Shown piece by piece: positions 33,544 through 35,009 of a DNA stretch of 35,009 nt. The first letter of the stretch is position 1. The number at the start of each line of letters is the position of its first letter. Made by a program: the position numbers and the translations under genes. Location: NCBI GenBank assembly GCA_002269645.1, contig NIVC01004790.1:1-35009 (forward strand). Direction: 5' to 3'. This stretch comes from Macrostomum lignano (lineage: Eukaryota). The notes below the pieces were generated by a model, which ran no database searches, was not told the origin of the DNA, and worked only from the letters and a program-made list of their open reading frames with translations.

Positions 33544-33642
33544 TACTTGTGCATCTTGTGCCGCATTCGTTAGTCGTTAGACCTGCGTGAGGGGAGCGAC
33601 GCGGGCCTAGGTTCGATTACAAGTGCAGTCACAATAATTTAG
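33544..33642 (+). pseudogene. GPCR relic (end of TM5 plus ICL3) with in-frame stops
   Basis: YLCILCRIR*SLDLREGSDAG compared with copy 1 YLCILCRFRRSANLRE and copy 3 YLCIIIRIRRSVSMREDSDAG. Confidence 0.7.
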
Positions 33643-33769
33643 AGCTAAATTGGAATCTTGGCTTGAGGCTTGAGTCTGCTCATGCAATTAACGCTTTTAT
33701 AAGGGTCAACTCCAAGGCACAGTGAAATGTACATGCCTAAATAAAGAATAAACAAAGTTAGGGCCGCTG

Positions 33770-34133
33770 TACACCTGTGTGTGCCCGTGTGCATGACTGC
33801 ATACGTATCTGTACGCTTGTGTGCCTTCTCAGGAAAGTCAGTAAGCCCCCAATTGGAATTGGCAGTAAGCCCCCACAGCCCCCTACCTCTAATAAAAAAG
33901 AACTACCTGAGACTTCGATCGGCAAGTGGCAGCAGAGTAAAATCAGCGCCGCGGCCAAGAAGCTAAAATTGACTTTGGACAGCTGCACCTTTCTGTTGTA
34001 TGTTGGCGAGGGCATCATCACCATGCTTCTATTCTCGGACAAAATGGACTCGTTTTTGGTCAGTCTTAGTAGTGCGGTGAATCCGCTGACATACCTCATT
34101 GTTATGAAAACATTTCGAAAGTTCTTTTCCTGA
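33770..34133 (+). pseudogene. GPCR relic (TM5-TM7) with a 13-codon deletion in TM6
   Basis: ISAAAKKLKLT|LDSCTFLLY...MDSFLVSLSSAVNPLTYLIVMKTFRKFF*. It lacks IGVTATAFILLFS relative to copy 1, TM5 is frameshifted, and there is no TM1-4. Confidence 0.8.
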
Positions 34134-35009
34134 TGAGGTTTAGCAAGACCAGAAACCATGTACCAGTCTGTTTGGGAAGATGGTAGCTCAGTAAACGTGA
34201 TTCGTATGCAGGACGTGACTGTTCCTTGAAATGGAATCGGTTGGCAAGCAAACTTTTAATATTACATGCAACATTATTCAATATTTGCCTACTCTTCACC
34301 TGTGAGTTTTTTAAATAAACAGAAGAAATATGCTTCTTATCTATGTAGTCTCCTAGGTAAATCCCGTGTGAAAAATTCATGGAGCTGGTTACCTCTCATT
34401 TAGTTTATTCTTGCTAATTGTCTCATGCTAATTGGTTCAGCGACATTGTCTCACAACCAGCGCTGACTCCTGAGTACATTGAAGGGCGCCAATACTGTAC
34501 GCAGGCACGCACTGATACAGAGGTGTACACTGGCCCTGACTTTCTAATCATCAGACAGGTACAATATCTGGTGCCTAGTGAGTTGGCTCTCATGGGACTA
34601 GCCAATTTTCGTGCACAAGCTCAAAATTAATGTGGCGCACTCAGTACGCTCGTAGTCTATTTTTGTCACGCGAGGTTTGTTTATATTCGGTATTCGGTTT
34701 TTGATGGCCTCTGACGTAGAGGTTGCGATGACATAACCATTTTGAGTTTTCCAAAAGTTGGATTAGGTTGAGTCTCACGTGATTTTACGGAGTGCCAGAT
34801 TGCATCGCTCCTCATATTGGCCTTATTTGCCTGCCTATTCGATGAACTTTTAGCCGCAAAGAGAACGGGGTAGGAATCTCTCCATACCGACTTTCTGTTC
34901 ATTAAACTTGGATTGAAAGGCATTGAGATATACAAGCACGCAAGCATCAAATATTTAGATGAAGCTTATTACTTTGAACCTAATGCCAATTGCTTTATGT
35001 CTGCTTTGT

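Noticed and set aside
34423-34605. Minus-strand LGTRYCTCLM resembling the GPCR ICL1 motif
   Set aside because: The match is too short, with no flanking TM1 or TM2 similarity.

Overview
This is eukaryotic (invertebrate metazoan) genomic DNA with spliceosomal GT-AG introns, GC3-rich exons and very dense tandem repeats (roughly a fifth of the window). The style is reminiscent of the flatworm Macrostomum, but that is an unverified inference. Gene content, all on +: the last exon of an ERG/FLI1/FEV-subfamily ETS factor (3444-4024); an ATP11-like P4-ATPase flippase with a 3-kb first coding exon plus two 3' exons (11133-17245); a spliced calmodulin-like EF-hand gene with two frame problems (about 18591-21517); and a tandem cluster of intronless orphan rhodopsin-type GPCRs (one intact, two frameshifted, two relics; 23489-34133). 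Mobile DNA: a 1.86-kb TIR element with a perfect 8-bp TSD that contains a second inverted-repeat element and interrupts a Penelope-like GIY-YIG remnant; a hAT-like element with an internal CT expansion; a tRNA-derived CORE-like SINE; and an RTE-type LINE fragment. Most long ORFs in the supplied track are artefacts of tandem repeats. There is no CRISPR array, and I found no clear new enzymatic system. The best leads are the GPCR birth-and-death cluster with its templated-insertion frameshift, the three-level nested transposon, the odd intron layout of the flippase and a core motif shared by several minisatellites. All alignments were done by eye, and copy numbers are estimates from length divided by unit.
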